A DNA stretch of 64,000 bases from contig JAXGJZ010000013.1 of assembly GCA_040769985.1 (NCBI GenBank), positions 15,174 to 79,173 on the forward strand. The letters run 5' to 3'. Source of the stretch: Desulfobacterales bacterium. Its GTDB lineage: Bacteria > Desulfobacterota > Desulfobacteria > Desulfobacterales > JAHDSC01. The position numbers and the translations under genes were made by a program. Shown piece by piece: positions 35,916 through 45,664 of the stretch. The stretch's first letter is position 1. Each line of letters starts with the position of its first letter. The notes under the pieces were generated by a model. That model did not search any database, had not been told where the DNA came from, and was given only the letters and a program-made list of their open reading frames with translations.

Positions 35916-37808
35916 ATGATCATTACGTGCGAGAAGTGCGACACCAGTTTCAATTTAGATGAAAGCCTGTTGAAACAGACGGGATCAAAGGTTCGATGTT
36001 CTAAATGCAAACATACCTTTCTGGCCTATCCGCTGATGACGGCGGAAAAACCGGATCAGCCCCTTGAAACCACACCGGGCCTTGAATCCGGGAAAAAGAC
36101 CGAAGCTTTTGGATTCGACCAAAAGCAGGGAAAACCGGTGGGAGAGGATCTTTTTCAGGAAAAACCCGAAGAGGGGATGGCGGCTCCTGAAAGCGATTCA
36201 AAATTCGATGATGGATTAGAGAAGCAGGAAACCGGGTTCGAAGATCTTGATTTGTCCGAACTTGATGAGTTGCTTGAAGCGGAAGAGAAACCGGAATCGA
36301 AAGAATCCTTTGACATCAAGGCCGAGGATCCGGATCTGGAAATGGACATGCAATCGGAGTCTGATATCGAACCGGTGGCGGTTGGTCCAAAATCCGAATT
36401 TGAAGAAGAAGATATCGCCCTTTCGGATATGGAAAAGCTGATTGAAGCGGATGATGAACCCGGGACCGGCGAGGCATCGGGAACAGACGAAGAGGATCTG
36501 GATCTGGATTTGGAAGATTTTGATCTGACGGATTTAGAGCCGATACCCGAGACGGAGGAGGAACCGAAAGCGGAAGAGGACCTTGGGACTGAGTTGGAAG
36601 AGCTTGATTTGTCCGAAATCGATAAGATGTTGGAAGCGGATGATGAATCACGGACCGTCGAGGCATCGGGAACAGACGAAGAGGATCTGGAGCTTGAGCC
36701 GGAAGACTTTGATCTGACGGATTTAGAGCGGATGCTGGAGACGGAGGAGGAACCGGAAGCGAAAAAAACCGGCGAGACGGAGCCGGAAGATCTTGATTTG
36801 TCCGATATCGATAAAATGCTCGAGACCGAGGAGGTGTCGGGGTCGGGAGAAAAACATGAAACGGAAATAGAGGAACTTGAATTAGAATTTAACCTGGAGG
36901 AGGGGGCCGGCGATAAAGAGGAAGATGCCGGAACCGCTTCACCCAATGATATCTCTGAACTTGATCTTTCCGAAACGGATGAAACGGAAAAGTCGGAAGC
37001 GGAAAAAAATTCCGAAGCCGAGGACATGGAACTCGAATTTCAATTAGAAGACAGCGAACCGGAATCAGACAGTAAAGGAGTGCTCGACGAACCTTTACCG
37101 GAAGATGAAACGGTCGCGGTTGCATCGGATGCCGGATCGGAGGTTGAAACCGGTCGGTCTTCCACAGGTAAAGCCCAGGAAGAAACGGCTGAAGCGGGAA
37201 CCCCCACGGCTGCTGTCGCAGATGCAAAAACCAGGTCCGCCGGGAAAAAACGCGCCGGCAAAACGGTTCTCGTTTTTGGTGTAATTGTGATTTTACTCGC
37301 CGGTGCTTTTGGGGCGTTATTGTTTTTTCAGAATAAGGGAGTCGAGATCCCGTACATCAAGAATATAAACATTCCTTTTGTCAGTGACTGGCTGAAGCCC
37401 GGAACTCAGGATATCGGCAATCTCAAGATGAGGACCCTGGAGATAAGCAGCAGATTCATGGAAAATTCTCAGAATGGGAAGCTTTTTATTATTACAGGCA
37501 AAGTCAGGAATGACTATTCGGACGCCCGTAGTACCGTCAAGGTGGCAGGGAAGCTTTACTCAAAGGGAAAAAATATCATAAGAACGGAAACGGTTTATTG
37601 CGGAAACGTATTGTCCGATCTGGAACTCACCGCTATGAAGTTGGAAGCCATTAAAAAACGCCTTTCGAATCCAGCCAATGAAAGAGGGACCGATATGAGC
37701 GTTCAGTCCGGAAAGATAATTCCGTTTATGATCGTTTTTTCCGAACTTCCGGACGATCTGGAAGAGTTTACCATAGAGGTTTTGGAATCATCCCCTTTCA
37801 AAAAATAG
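35916..37808 (+). CDS. MJ0042-type zinc-ribbon protein with a long acidic repeat region, one TM segment and a DUF3426-like C-terminal domain
   Basis: N-terminus MIITCEKCDTSFNLDE...VRCSKCKHTF, TM segment VLVFGVIVILLAGAFGALLFF, and a C-terminal pattern (LFIITGKVRN...) like DUF3426. Confidence 0.8.
   Translation: MIITCEKCDTSFNLDESLLKQTGSKVRCSKCKHTFLAYPLMTAEKPDQPLETTPGLESGKKTEAFGFDQKQGKPVGEDLFQEKPEEGMAAPESDSKFDDGLEKQETGFEDLDLSELDELLEAEEKPESKESFDIKAEDPDLEMDMQSESDIEPVAVGPKSEFEEEDIALSDMEKLIEADDEPGTGEASGTDEEDLDLDLEDFDLTDLEPIPETEEEPKAEEDLGTELEELDLSEIDKMLEADDESRTVEASGTDEEDLELEPEDFDLTDLERMLETEEEPEAKKTGETEPEDLDLSDIDKMLETEEVSGSGEKHETEIEELELEFNLEEGAGDKEEDAGTASPNDISELDLSETDETEKSEAEKNSEAEDMELEFQLEDSEPESDSKGVLDEPLPEDETVAVASDAGSEVETGRSSTGKAQEETAEAGTPTAAVADAKTRSAGKKRAGKTVLVFGVIVILLAGAFGALLFFQNKGVEIPYIKNINIPFVSDWLKPGTQDIGNLKMRTLEISSRFMENSQNGKLFIITGKVRNDYSDARSTVKVAGKLYSKGKNIIRTETVYCGNVLSDLELTAMKLEAIKKRLSNPANERGTDMSVQSGKIIPFMIVFSELPDDLEEFTIEVLESSPFKK
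36412..36790 (+). repeat. two near-identical 189-bp (63-aa) in-frame tandem units, flanked by degenerate units (about 36229-37030)
   Basis: GAAGCGGATGATGAA...GATCTGACGGATTTAGAGC occurs at 36444 and again at 36633. The peptide motif (E)DLDLSE(I/L)D(K/E)(M/L)LE recurs 4-5 times. Confidence 0.85.
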
Positions 37809-37987
37809 CGGTCAATAACCCGGTTTTCGACTTGACTAAATCAACATGAACTGCTACAAAACTCCGTTAAATCGAAAAAGGCCTCGATTGTGGGACCTTT
37901 TAATCAATTATTCAAATTCGAGAAAATCTTCAGCCGGTTCGGGACGAACCACCAATAATCGGCGCACAATTAACCCAGAAAAATTCA

Positions 37988-38064
37988 TGGCGATGTAGCT
38001 CAGGTGGTCAGAGCATGCGGCTCATATCCGCAGTGTCCGGGGTTCGAATCCCTGCATCGCCACC
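37988..38064 (+). tRNA. tRNA with CAU anticodon (elongator Met, or Ile2 if lysidine-modified)
   Basis: 77-nt cloverleaf: acceptor GGCGATG/CATCGCC, anticodon stem TGCGG/CCGCA with loop CTCATAT, T-arm CGGGG-TTCGAAT-CCCTG, and encoded CCA. Confidence 0.9.
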
Positions 38065-38533
38065 AAAAATCAATCCTGAGAGACACGATAGCATAAGCGT
38101 ATTCATCCATCCTTATCAAGTACGGTTTGGGACGCTTCAACCGGCAAGCCAAAATTCTTCCTCCTGCCTTATCCCTTCCTTATTTTATCAAAATTTTAAA
38201 TACTTAAGTCAACACGAGCTCATTGTCCGTGGTTTACCGCGGAGAGCTTGAATCGGAAAACGATTTCAGGTCCGGTTTTTCCGGACTTTCAGTTACACTG
38301 TATGATCTTTCGCTTCTGATCATACAGAGACAATGCCAATCAAATTCGAATTATCTTTTCATGCCACGAAGGCACTTTTTTTCTAACCTTCAGAAATAAC
38401 AATGAGTTATGCACAACCATGAATGCGATGGCATTCTTTTCCTCGCCGGTCTTGAGCAAATTGCAATTCGCCGGTGATTCATTCTTTTGCGGAAACTTCA
38501 ATCAATAAATTATTTTAAAAAAACATATTTTTG

Positions 38534-38561
38534 CTTGACAAATTTAAAATATCAAATATAC
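38534..38561 (+). promoter_or_regulatory. candidate sigma70-type promoter for the MFS transporter
   Basis: TTGACA (38534-38539), 16-nt spacer, TATACT (38556-38561), set in a very AT-rich tract. Confidence 0.45.
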
Positions 38562-38648
38562 TGAAATCAAAAAAATAAATTTAATTCAGTTAATGATATA
38601 TAATAAACTGATTGAAAAATTATAAAAAATTAAAGGAGGGTTTGAGCC

Positions 38649-39899
38649 ATGGTAGGAGAAACAGAGGTGAAAGCAACTATGCCAAGATGGGTTCCACTGT
38701 TACTGGGTCTTATAAGCAGCACAACCTGTGGTATGTTGTTGTATGCGTGGAGCGTTTTTATTAAACCATTAAATGCGGAATTCGGGTGGTCCCGCGCGGA
38801 AATTGCGTTGGCGTTTGCAATCTGCTGCCTGGTTTTCGGGTTGATGACTTTCCCGGCAGGAAAACTGAGTGATAAGTATGGCCCGCGGCGAGTGGTACTT
38901 GTCGGGGGCATTATCCTGGGCATCGGGTTTGTTTTGTCAGGCTGGATTACATCCAAATGGCAGCTTTACATAACTTACGGCCTGATCGCCGGTTTCGGTG
39001 GCGGATGCATCTATTTACCGCCCATCGCCACGGCGCCCAAATGGTGGCCTGACCGGCGGGCTCTTGCTACCGGGTTTTCGGTGGTAGGTCTGGGTTTGGG
39101 ATCCTTCCTTATGGGGCCGCTGGCCACAAAGATCATTACAGCACCCGGATACGGCTGGCGCTATGTTTTCTGGTATTGCGGCATTGCCATGGGCGTGATG
39201 GCGGTACTTGCTGCCCTTCCGCTTGTTGTTCCACCGAAAGGATGGAAACCGGCGGGCTGGAAACCGCCGCAGGCTCCAGCGACAGCGGGTGGCCCGAAAA
39301 ACTATCGGGATTACACGCATGAAGAATCGATTCGAACCGCTCAGTTTTGGCTTCTTTATCTCAGCTATTTTTGTGGATCGTTCGCGGGTTTGATGGTCAT
39401 CGGACATATCGCCGGCACCGGGATAGACCGAGGATTGACCCCGATGCAGGCTGCCGGGGCGGTGAGCGCCCTTGCTTTTGCCAATGCGGCAACGAGAATC
39501 ATCACGGGTATATTCGTGGATAAAATCGGAGTAAAGGCGGTATTCGTAACCTGGTTCGGTCTTCAGACGGCAGCGATGGTCCTTCTCTTCCCCGCCGCGT
39601 CGCTCGCCTGGGCAATTTGGCTGATCGCCGCTCTGATCGGCTGGAACTACGGCGGTATGTTTACGCTGTTTCCGGCTTCATGCCTGCACTATTTTGGTCC
39701 GACAGCGCAAGGCTCCAATTACGGTCTGCTGTTTACCGCATGGGGTTTTGCCGGATTTGCAGGTCCGTGGGTGGGTGGTTATTTGAAAGACGTAACCGGT
39801 ACCTACTACATGCCCTTTCTGATCGGTGCTGCCGTGTGCGCGGTTTCCGTTTTAATTTCCATTGTTATTAAACCGCCGGCAAGGATACCTGTAGAATAG
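38649..39899 (+). CDS. MFS transporter, oxalate/formate antiporter (OFA) family-like
   Basis: 416 aa with about 12 hydrophobic segments and the motif [17 protein letters not shown] between TM2 and TM3. RBS AAAGGAGGG. Confidence 0.88.
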   Translation: MVGETEVKATMPRWVPLLLGLISSTTCGMLLYAWSVFIKPLNAEFGWSRAEIALAFAICCLVFGLMTFPAGKLSDKYGPRRVVLVGGIILGIGFVLSGWITSKWQLYITYGLIAGFGGGCIYLPPIATAPKWWPDRRALATGFSVVGLGLGSFLMGPLATKIITAPGYGWRYVFWYCGIAMGVMAVLAALPLVVPPKGWKPAGWKPPQAPATAGGPKNYRDYTHEESIRTAQFWLLYLSYFCGSFAGLMVIGHIAGTGIDRGLTPMQAAGAVSALAFANAATRIITGIFVDKIGVKAVFVTWFGLQTAAMVLLFPAASLAWAIWLIAALIGWNYGGMFTLFPASCLHYFGPTAQGSNYGLLFTAWGFAGFAGPWVGGYLKDVTGTYYMPFLIGAAVCAVSVLISIVIKPPARIPVE

Positions 39900-40005
39900 A
39901 TCGGGAACAATTGAAATTCCATGTATCATGTAACAGCTTTATTGATGAGAGATTCGGATAAACTTCAACGATCCATAACCAACGATCAGAGGGGAGGGTA
40001 AAAAC

Positions 40006-40446
40006 ATGTTCGAGAAAATTTTGTATCCGACCGATTTCTCAGATGTAGCCATGAAAGCCATGGAGTTTATAAAGCGTTTAAAAGATGCGGGTGCAAAAGA
40101 GGTGATCCTTTTGCATATTGTTGACAAGAGGACCCTTGAATCGATGGCCATGTCCGTCTATTCAACTCAAGACGCAATGAAAATCGAGAGCGATATGATC
40201 GAGGGTGCCAGGAAAGAGATGAATCCCATCGAAAAAACATTAAAAGATGCGGGATTGAACGTTAAGGTGATAATCGAGAAAGAAATTCCATTCAGAGGTA
40301 TTTTAGGGGTGGAAAAACGGGAAAATCCGTCTGTTATCATCATCGGTTCGCATGGGAAAAGCAATATCGAGGAAATGCTCCTTGGGTCCGTCTCGGAAAA
40401 GGTGGTAAGAAAAGCGAAGAAGCCGGTGCTTGTCATCAAGAGATAG
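40006..40446 (+). CDS. universal stress protein (UspA family)
   Basis: MFEKILYPTDFSD ... IIIGSHGKSNIEEMLLGSVSEKVVRKAKKPVLVIK, the canonical Usp ATP-binding type. Confidence 0.9.
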   Translation: MFEKILYPTDFSDVAMKAMEFIKRLKDAGAKEVILLHIVDKRTLESMAMSVYSTQDAMKIESDMIEGARKEMNPIEKTLKDAGLNVKVIIEKEIPFRGILGVEKRENPSVIIIGSHGKSNIEEMLLGSVSEKVVRKAKKPVLVIKR

Positions 40447-40684
40447 CAAAAAAATTTAAGATGAAATGTCGGAGCCGATACGGCGAAGGTGGCTTTTCAT
40501 CCAAGGTGCGAACCGGGGGAAACATATCGTCTGGAGAAAAACAACTATCCAGAATTCGGCGGCAGCAATTGTCCGCAAAGCATAAAAGGCATGGTTTATT
40601 TGATTTGCCGTTGTTTCTCGCAAATGACTACCAATCGATTCTGATTTTCTAAAACAACCTTATCGTTGTGAATTGAGGTTCCTC

Positions 40685-40722
40685 TGATAAACATCAGAGG
40701 AACCTTTTTTTTGGTGCGATTT
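40685..40722 (+). terminator. strong rho-independent terminator
   Basis: AGGTTCCTCTGAT - AAAC - ATCAGAGGAACCT gives a perfect 13-bp stem, followed by T8. Confidence 0.85.
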
Positions 40723-40966
40723 GGACATGGAGATAGGAGGTGCAGTTGATCGATAACGGCAAAATCGTGGGATCTGCAAAATGTACCGGAAGGAAAGAAA
40801 CGCTCATCGTGGCCGGAAAATAAATTTGACATGTTTCCAAAAACCGCCCCATTCAAATTGAATGCTTAACAAAGCATGGAATCGGCATGGATCGAAATTC
40901 CCTTGAAAAGAAAGGGATAATTGTATTATATTTCCAAACCGGTAAAAAGGTCAGAGGAACTTACCT

Positions 40967-41380
40967 ATGCTTCCAGGTTTTCAAAGAATTGTTGAAGAAC
41001 GGATTCAGAAGGCTCAGAGAGAAGGAGTATTTGAAAATCTCATCGGATCCGGAAAACCGCTTGTGTTCGAGGATGACCGATTTATTCCGGAAGAACTCCG
41101 TCTCGCCTTTAAGATATTGAAGAATGCCGGATGTGTGCCTCCAGAAATCGAACTAAAAAAAGAAATCCATAGTACGGAAGAGCTTCTTGCCGGTATGGGG
41201 GAAACCGCCGAGAAATACCATACATTGAAAAAATTGAATTTTTTGATCCTGAAACTGAACGCAATGCGAAACAGCCCCGTGGTATTTGAAGTTCCCCAGC
41301 AATATCAGGAAAAGCTTGCGGAACGTTTCGGGTCGAATGGTTCGGTCGATAAAAAGAAAACCGCAAGGGGCGGTTCATAA
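40967..41380 (+). CDS. DUF1992 (DnaJC28-like) domain protein
   Basis: RIVEERIQKAQREGVFENLIGSGKPL...D and the NAGCVPPEIELKKEI pattern. Confidence 0.8.
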   Translation: MLPGFQRIVEERIQKAQREGVFENLIGSGKPLVFEDDRFIPEELRLAFKILKNAGCVPPEIELKKEIHSTEELLAGMGETAEKYHTLKKLNFLILKLNAMRNSPVVFEVPQQYQEKLAERFGSNGSVDKKKTARGGS

Positions 41381-41388
41381 TCAACCGA

Positions 41389-41898
41389 TTGTTTAAGAAA
41401 AAATTAAGTCATATGGCATTTAACAAAAGCAGGGAAGGAAACGGTCTTTTTAAAAGCGTTTTAATGGCCTATTTGATCGTTATTCTTCATATTCTTCTGA
41501 TCGCAGGTTTGGCGCTTCTGGTTCTTTTTTTCCGCGGCATTGTCAATTACATGATATGGGTCTTTGTCGGCGGATTGGTCCTTATCGTTGCTTCACTGTT
41601 TTATTTTTATCGACGGATAAAATCCGGTGGAAAAATTTTAAAAGAAACCCTGAATTCCCCGGAGTTCAGAGACAGACCGATTGAAGTCAGTTTTTTAGGG
41701 GGCATGGCTTCCGTCAGGCTCGGTCGACCGGGGGGCATGCCGGCTCTTGGGGGCGATTCCGCTAAAATTCCTCTTCAACTGGAGGCTCCCGATAAGATTC
41801 GGGTAAGAGAGCTCACCGAACTGGCGCGTTTGCTGGAAAACGATTTGATTACGCTTGAGGAATATAACAAGGCAAAGGAACAGATTTTTAACCCTTAG
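41389..41898 (+). CDS. membrane protein with C-terminal SHOCT domain
   Basis: Two TM helices and a C-terminal LLENDLITLEEYNKAKEQIF. The start is TTG at 41389 or ATG at 41413. Confidence 0.65.
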   Translation: MFKKKLSHMAFNKSREGNGLFKSVLMAYLIVILHILLIAGLALLVLFFRGIVNYMIWVFVGGLVLIVASLFYFYRRIKSGGKILKETLNSPEFRDRPIEVSFLGGMASVRLGRPGGMPALGGDSAKIPLQLEAPDKIRVRELTELARLLENDLITLEEYNKAKEQIFNP

Positions 41899-42011
41899 AA
41901 AATATCCGTCCAAGATTGTAAAATGAAGGGCACTTGTTTTCTGCGGCTCAAGTAATGGTTAAAATCGCCGCGACGGTTAATGAATGAAAACGCGAGAGAT
42001 AGGATGAATGT

Positions 42012-42956
42012 ATGAAAAAGCTTACCATTGCTCTTCTTTCCGGTGGAAAATCCTCCGAACGCGAGGTGTCTTTAAAAAGCGGCGATCAGGTTTTCGAAGC
42101 GCTGGACCGTGAAAAATACAACGTACTGCGATATGATCCTCAAACCGACCTTGATCGTCTGGTGGCAGATGCGGATCGGATCGATGTCGCACTTATTATA
42201 CTTCATGGAGCCTTCGGGGAGGATGGCACCGTTCAGGGGCTGCTCGACCTTCTCGGTATTCCCTATCAGGGATCCGGGGTACTGGGAAGCGCAATTGCCA
42301 TGAATAAGCTTGTTTCAAGACAGATCTACGAACAATCCGGTCTTCCGGTCCCTCCTTACATTGCCCTTAAACGAGGAGATATCATCGATCCGGAAACCCT
42401 TTCAGCAAGGCTGGGACTGCCGCTGGTGATCAAGCCGGTAAGGGGGGGGTCCAGTATCGGGATGTCCATTGTCGAATCCGCGGATTCCCTAACAAGTGCT
42501 GTGGAAAAAGCTTTTGCTTACGATGATGTAATACTGATAGAAACCTTTATCAAGGGCATTGAATTAACCGGCGGTGTGATCGGGAATGATGAATTGCAGG
42601 CCCTGCCCATTGTAGAGATCATCCCGGATAAAAAACATCGATTTTTTGACTACGAAGCGAAATACACCGCCGGCGCCAGTCAGGAAATATGCCCTGCCCG
42701 TATTGACCAGGTGATGACCGAAAAAGCCCAGATGTATGCGAAAATGGCGCATTCGTCTCTTTTCTGCAAGGGATACAGTCGAACCGACATGATTCTGAGT
42801 AATCGGGAAATATATGTTCTGGAGACCAACACCATTCCCGGAATGACTCCAACAAGCCTTTTACCTCTTGCTGCCGGAGCTGCCGGGATAAATTTCTGCG
42901 GGCTTATCGACAAACTGATCGAGCTTGCTATCCAGGGGCATCAAATCGGTCGCTGA
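42012..42956 (+). CDS. ddl: D-alanine--D-alanine ligase
   Basis: SSEREVSLKSG, LHGAFGEDGTVQGLLDLLGIPYQGSG, the KPVRGGSSIGMS ATP-grasp motif, and VLETNTIPGMT. Confidence 0.95.
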   Translation: MKKLTIALLSGGKSSEREVSLKSGDQVFEALDREKYNVLRYDPQTDLDRLVADADRIDVALIILHGAFGEDGTVQGLLDLLGIPYQGSGVLGSAIAMNKLVSRQIYEQSGLPVPPYIALKRGDIIDPETLSARLGLPLVIKPVRGGSSIGMSIVESADSLTSAVEKAFAYDDVILIETFIKGIELTGGVIGNDELQALPIVEIIPDKKHRFFDYEAKYTAGASQEICPARIDQVMTEKAQMYAKMAHSSLFCKGYSRTDMILSNREIYVLETNTIPGMTPTSLLPLAAGAAGINFCGLIDKLIELAIQGHQIGR

Positions 42957-43123
42957 TTGAAGCCTTCCGCATTCCTTTTCCCAAGGCTGTCGCTAAATAA
43001 CTCGCAAGATTTAAGGGCTCTTGTCTGAAACGTCGGTGGGGTATTTATTTTGTTTGCGGTACCGAAAACCATTTGAATAATATGTGAAAATTTCTGCCTA
43101 ATTGAATAAAAAGGGAGGCTCAT

Positions 43124-44896
43124 ATGAAAGTTCTGGTAATCGGCGGAGGCGGCAGGGAACATGCCTTGGTCTGGAAAATCGCTCAAAGTCCGAGGGTTAA
43201 GAAAATCTACTGTGCTCCAGGGAATGCCGGAATTTCCGAATTGGCTACCTGCCTACCCATCGATGCGGAAGATATCGACAAACTTGTTGAATTCGGCGGA
43301 AAAGAAAACATTGATCTGACGGTCGTCGGACCGGAAGGCCCTCTTTCAAAAGGTATCGTTGATATTTTTGAAGAAATGGGGTTGAAAATATTCGGGGCTT
43401 CAAGAAAGGCTGCGGAGATAGAATCCAGCAAATCCTTCGCAAAGACCTTGATGGATACATACGGAATTCCGACTGCCGAGGGCCGTACTTTTACCAGCTA
43501 CAAGAAGGCGGAGGCCTACGTGAAAAAGATGGGTGCTCCGATCGTTGTAAAAGCCGATGGCCTTGCCGCGGGGAAAGGAGTCATCGTCTGCGCCACGGAA
43601 AAAGAAGCGATTGGCGCCCTCAACCAGATCATGCTCAAACGCGTTTTCGGCGACGCCGGAAACAAAGTTCTGGTGGAGGAGTGCCTGACCGGTGAAGAAG
43701 CTTCTTTTCTGGCTTTTACCGATGGGAAAACCGTGCTTCCCCTTCCAACATCTCAAGACCACAAACCGGTTTATGACAACGACGAAGGGCCGAATACAGG
43801 CGGCATGGGTGCATATTCTCCGGCTCCGGTGGTGGATCGATATCTGCATAAAAGAATCATGGAAGAAGTGATGATACCTACCGTGCAAGCGATGGCATCT
43901 GAAGGGCGCCCATACAGGGGTGTTTTATACGCGGGGTTGATGATCGACGGGGATCGGATTCGAGTTCTGGAATTTAACGGGCGTTTCGGTGATCCGGAAG
44001 CTCAACCGCTTTTGATGCGGTTGAAAAATGATATTGTTCCGATCATGGAAGCTACCATCGAGGGCCGTTTGGATAAGTGCAGACTGGAAATAGATGATCG
44101 TGCATCCATATGCGTTGTTATGGCTTCCGGGGGGTATCCTGGTGCCTACCGGAAAGGGTTGACGATTTCCGGGCTTGCGGATGTTCGCAGAATGAAAGAT
44201 GTGGTTGTTTTCCATGCGGGGACGGCGGCGAAAGATGGAAACATCGTCACCAGCGGCGGACGCGTTCTGGGTGTCACCGCCCTCGGTGATTCCATCCAGA
44301 AGGCGATATCAAAGGCCTATCTGGCGGTTTCCAAAATATCATGGGAAGACGTCCAATATCGTCGGGATATCGGAAAGAAAGCTTTACGAAGGCTGGAGGA
44401 ATCCCCCCGAGTGGCCATTGTGATGGGGAGCGATTCCGATCTTGAAATCATGGAAGAGAGCGCAGGGGTGCTGAAGAAATTCGGAATCACTTATGAGATG
44501 ACGGTTGCATCCGCCCACAGAAGTCCTGAAAGGGTTATTCAATTCGCCTCCGGCGCCGATCGCCGGGGAATAAAAGTGATCATTGCGGGGGCGGGACATG
44601 CCGCTCATTTGGCCGGAGTGATCGCGGCTCATGCCCGGATTCCCGTTATCGGCGTTCCGATTGATTCTTCCAGCCTGAACGGACTGGATTCTCTCCTTTC
44701 AACGGTCCAGATGCCACCGGGAATTCCCGTCGCAACCGTGTCGATCGGCAAACCGGGGGCAAGAAATGCCGGTATTCTCGCCGCTCAGATATTGGCGGTT
44801 TCCGATCCCGAAATCGGGAAAAGAATGGATGCGTTTAAAAAGGAGATGGCGGAAGACGTTGACCGAAAAGCGGAAAAATTCAAGCATCTCGGTTAA
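43124..44896 (+). CDS. purD: fusion protein: phosphoribosylamine--glycine ligase (PurD) plus N5-CAIR mutase/AIR carboxylase-type PurE
   Basis: A single 590-aa ORF. PurD spans residues 1 to about 425 (MKVLVIGGGGREHAL ... NTGGMGAYSP ... EFNGRFGDPE). PurE spans about 430-590 (VAIVMGSDSDL ... ASAHRSP ... AGAGHAAHLAG ... GVPI). Confidence 0.9.
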   Translation: MKVLVIGGGGREHALVWKIAQSPRVKKIYCAPGNAGISELATCLPIDAEDIDKLVEFGGKENIDLTVVGPEGPLSKGIVDIFEEMGLKIFGASRKAAEIESSKSFAKTLMDTYGIPTAEGRTFTSYKKAEAYVKKMGAPIVVKADGLAAGKGVIVCATEKEAIGALNQIMLKRVFGDAGNKVLVEECLTGEEASFLAFTDGKTVLPLPTSQDHKPVYDNDEGPNTGGMGAYSPAPVVDRYLHKRIMEEVMIPTVQAMASEGRPYRGVLYAGLMIDGDRIRVLEFNGRFGDPEAQPLLMRLKNDIVPIMEATIEGRLDKCRLEIDDRASICVVMASGGYPGAYRKGLTISGLADVRRMKDVVVFHAGTAAKDGNIVTSGGRVLGVTALGDSIQKAISKAYLAVSKISWEDVQYRRDIGKKALRRLEESPRVAIVMGSDSDLEIMEESAGVLKKFGITYEMTVASAHRSPERVIQFASGADRRGIKVIIAGAGHAAHLAGVIAAHARIPVIGVPIDSSSLNGLDSLLSTVQMPPGIPVATVSIGKPGARNAGILAAQILAVSDPEIGKRMDAFKKEMAEDVDRKAEKFKHLG

Positions 44897-44915
44897 GATC
44901 AGGCGTATCGGCACC

Positions 44916-45527
44916 GTGAGCCCCGAGCCTGATTTAATAAAAGAAGCGGCCCGGGTGATACTCGATGGCGGGGTGATTCTGTTCCCGACGACGTGCCTTT
45001 ACGGCCTCGGGGCGGATGCGTTGAATTCCGATGCGGTTGAGAGGGTTTTTGCGATCAAGCATCGTCCGTATTACAAACCGATCCTTGTCTTGATTCCAAG
45101 TACCGAGGAATTGAATCAACTGGTTCGTCATGTTCCCCCCGCCGCTGAATCCCTTATGAGGTGGTTCTGGCCGGGGAGGGTTACCATCGTATTTAATGGA
45201 AAAGATACATTGCCGGACAGGCTTACCGCCGGTACGGGTAAAATCGGCGTGCGGTTGCCGGGGCACCCGGTTGCAGCGGCGCTGTTAAACGAGGTGAAAC
45301 GGCCGATAACCGGTACCAGCGCCAATATTTCCGGTGACACTGGCTGCTCGCGAATTTCCGATTTGAACCCCGACATGGTGGAAAAGCTTGACCTGCTGCT
45401 CGATGCCGGTCCGCTGAAAGGGGGCATCGGTTCCACCATAGTGGACGTAACCGAAGACCTTCCTAAAATTTTAAGAGAAGGAGAGGTGTCCGAAAAAGAA
45501 ATTTTTGAGGCGATCGGCAGGCAATAA
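44916..45527 (+). CDS. tsaC: L-threonylcarbamoyladenylate synthase (TsaC/YrdC/Sua5 domain)
   Basis: GGVILFPTTCLYGLGADA, KHRPYYKPILVLI and ITGTSANISG. The track ORF starts at 44766 inside purD-purE; GTG at 44916 is proposed but uncertain. Confidence 0.8.
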   Translation: MSPEPDLIKEAARVILDGGVILFPTTCLYGLGADALNSDAVERVFAIKHRPYYKPILVLIPSTEELNQLVRHVPPAAESLMRWFWPGRVTIVFNGKDTLPDRLTAGTGKIGVRLPGHPVAAALLNEVKRPITGTSANISGDTGCSRISDLNPDMVEKLDLLLDAGPLKGGIGSTIVDVTEDLPKILREGEVSEKEIFEAIGRQ

Positions 45528-45576
45528 AGCAATTTTATTGACAATGAAACTTAAGTTTGCATAGAATCCGTTTCAT

Positions 45577-45664
45577 GCCGGAGTGGTGAAACTGGTAGAC
45601 GCAGAGGACTCAAAATCCTCCGGGCTTTACGTCCGTGTCGGTTCGATTCCGACCTCCGGCACCA
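45577..45664 (+). tRNA. tRNA-Leu (anticodon CAA)
   Basis: 88 nt. Acceptor GCCGGAG/CTCCGGC, anticodon stem GAGGA/TCCTC with loop CTCAAAA, a long variable arm, T-arm GTCGG-TTCGATT-CCGAC, and encoded CCA. Confidence 0.93.

Noticed and set aside
36155-37027. 290-aa serine-rich ORF on the minus strand
   Set aside because: It mirrors the GAA/GAT-rich acidic repeat region of the zinc-ribbon protein. The Ser-rich translation is a compositional artefact.
38015-38251. 78-aa ORF overlapping tRNA(CAU); likewise 45583-45765 overlapping tRNA-Leu
   Set aside because: Both begin inside tRNA genes and are translation artefacts.
40461-40652. 63-aa ORF between usp and the strong terminator
   Set aside because: It has no Shine-Dalgarno sequence and an Arg/Ser/Gly-rich composition unlike a real protein. 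The region is reported instead as a possible 3' UTR or sRNA.
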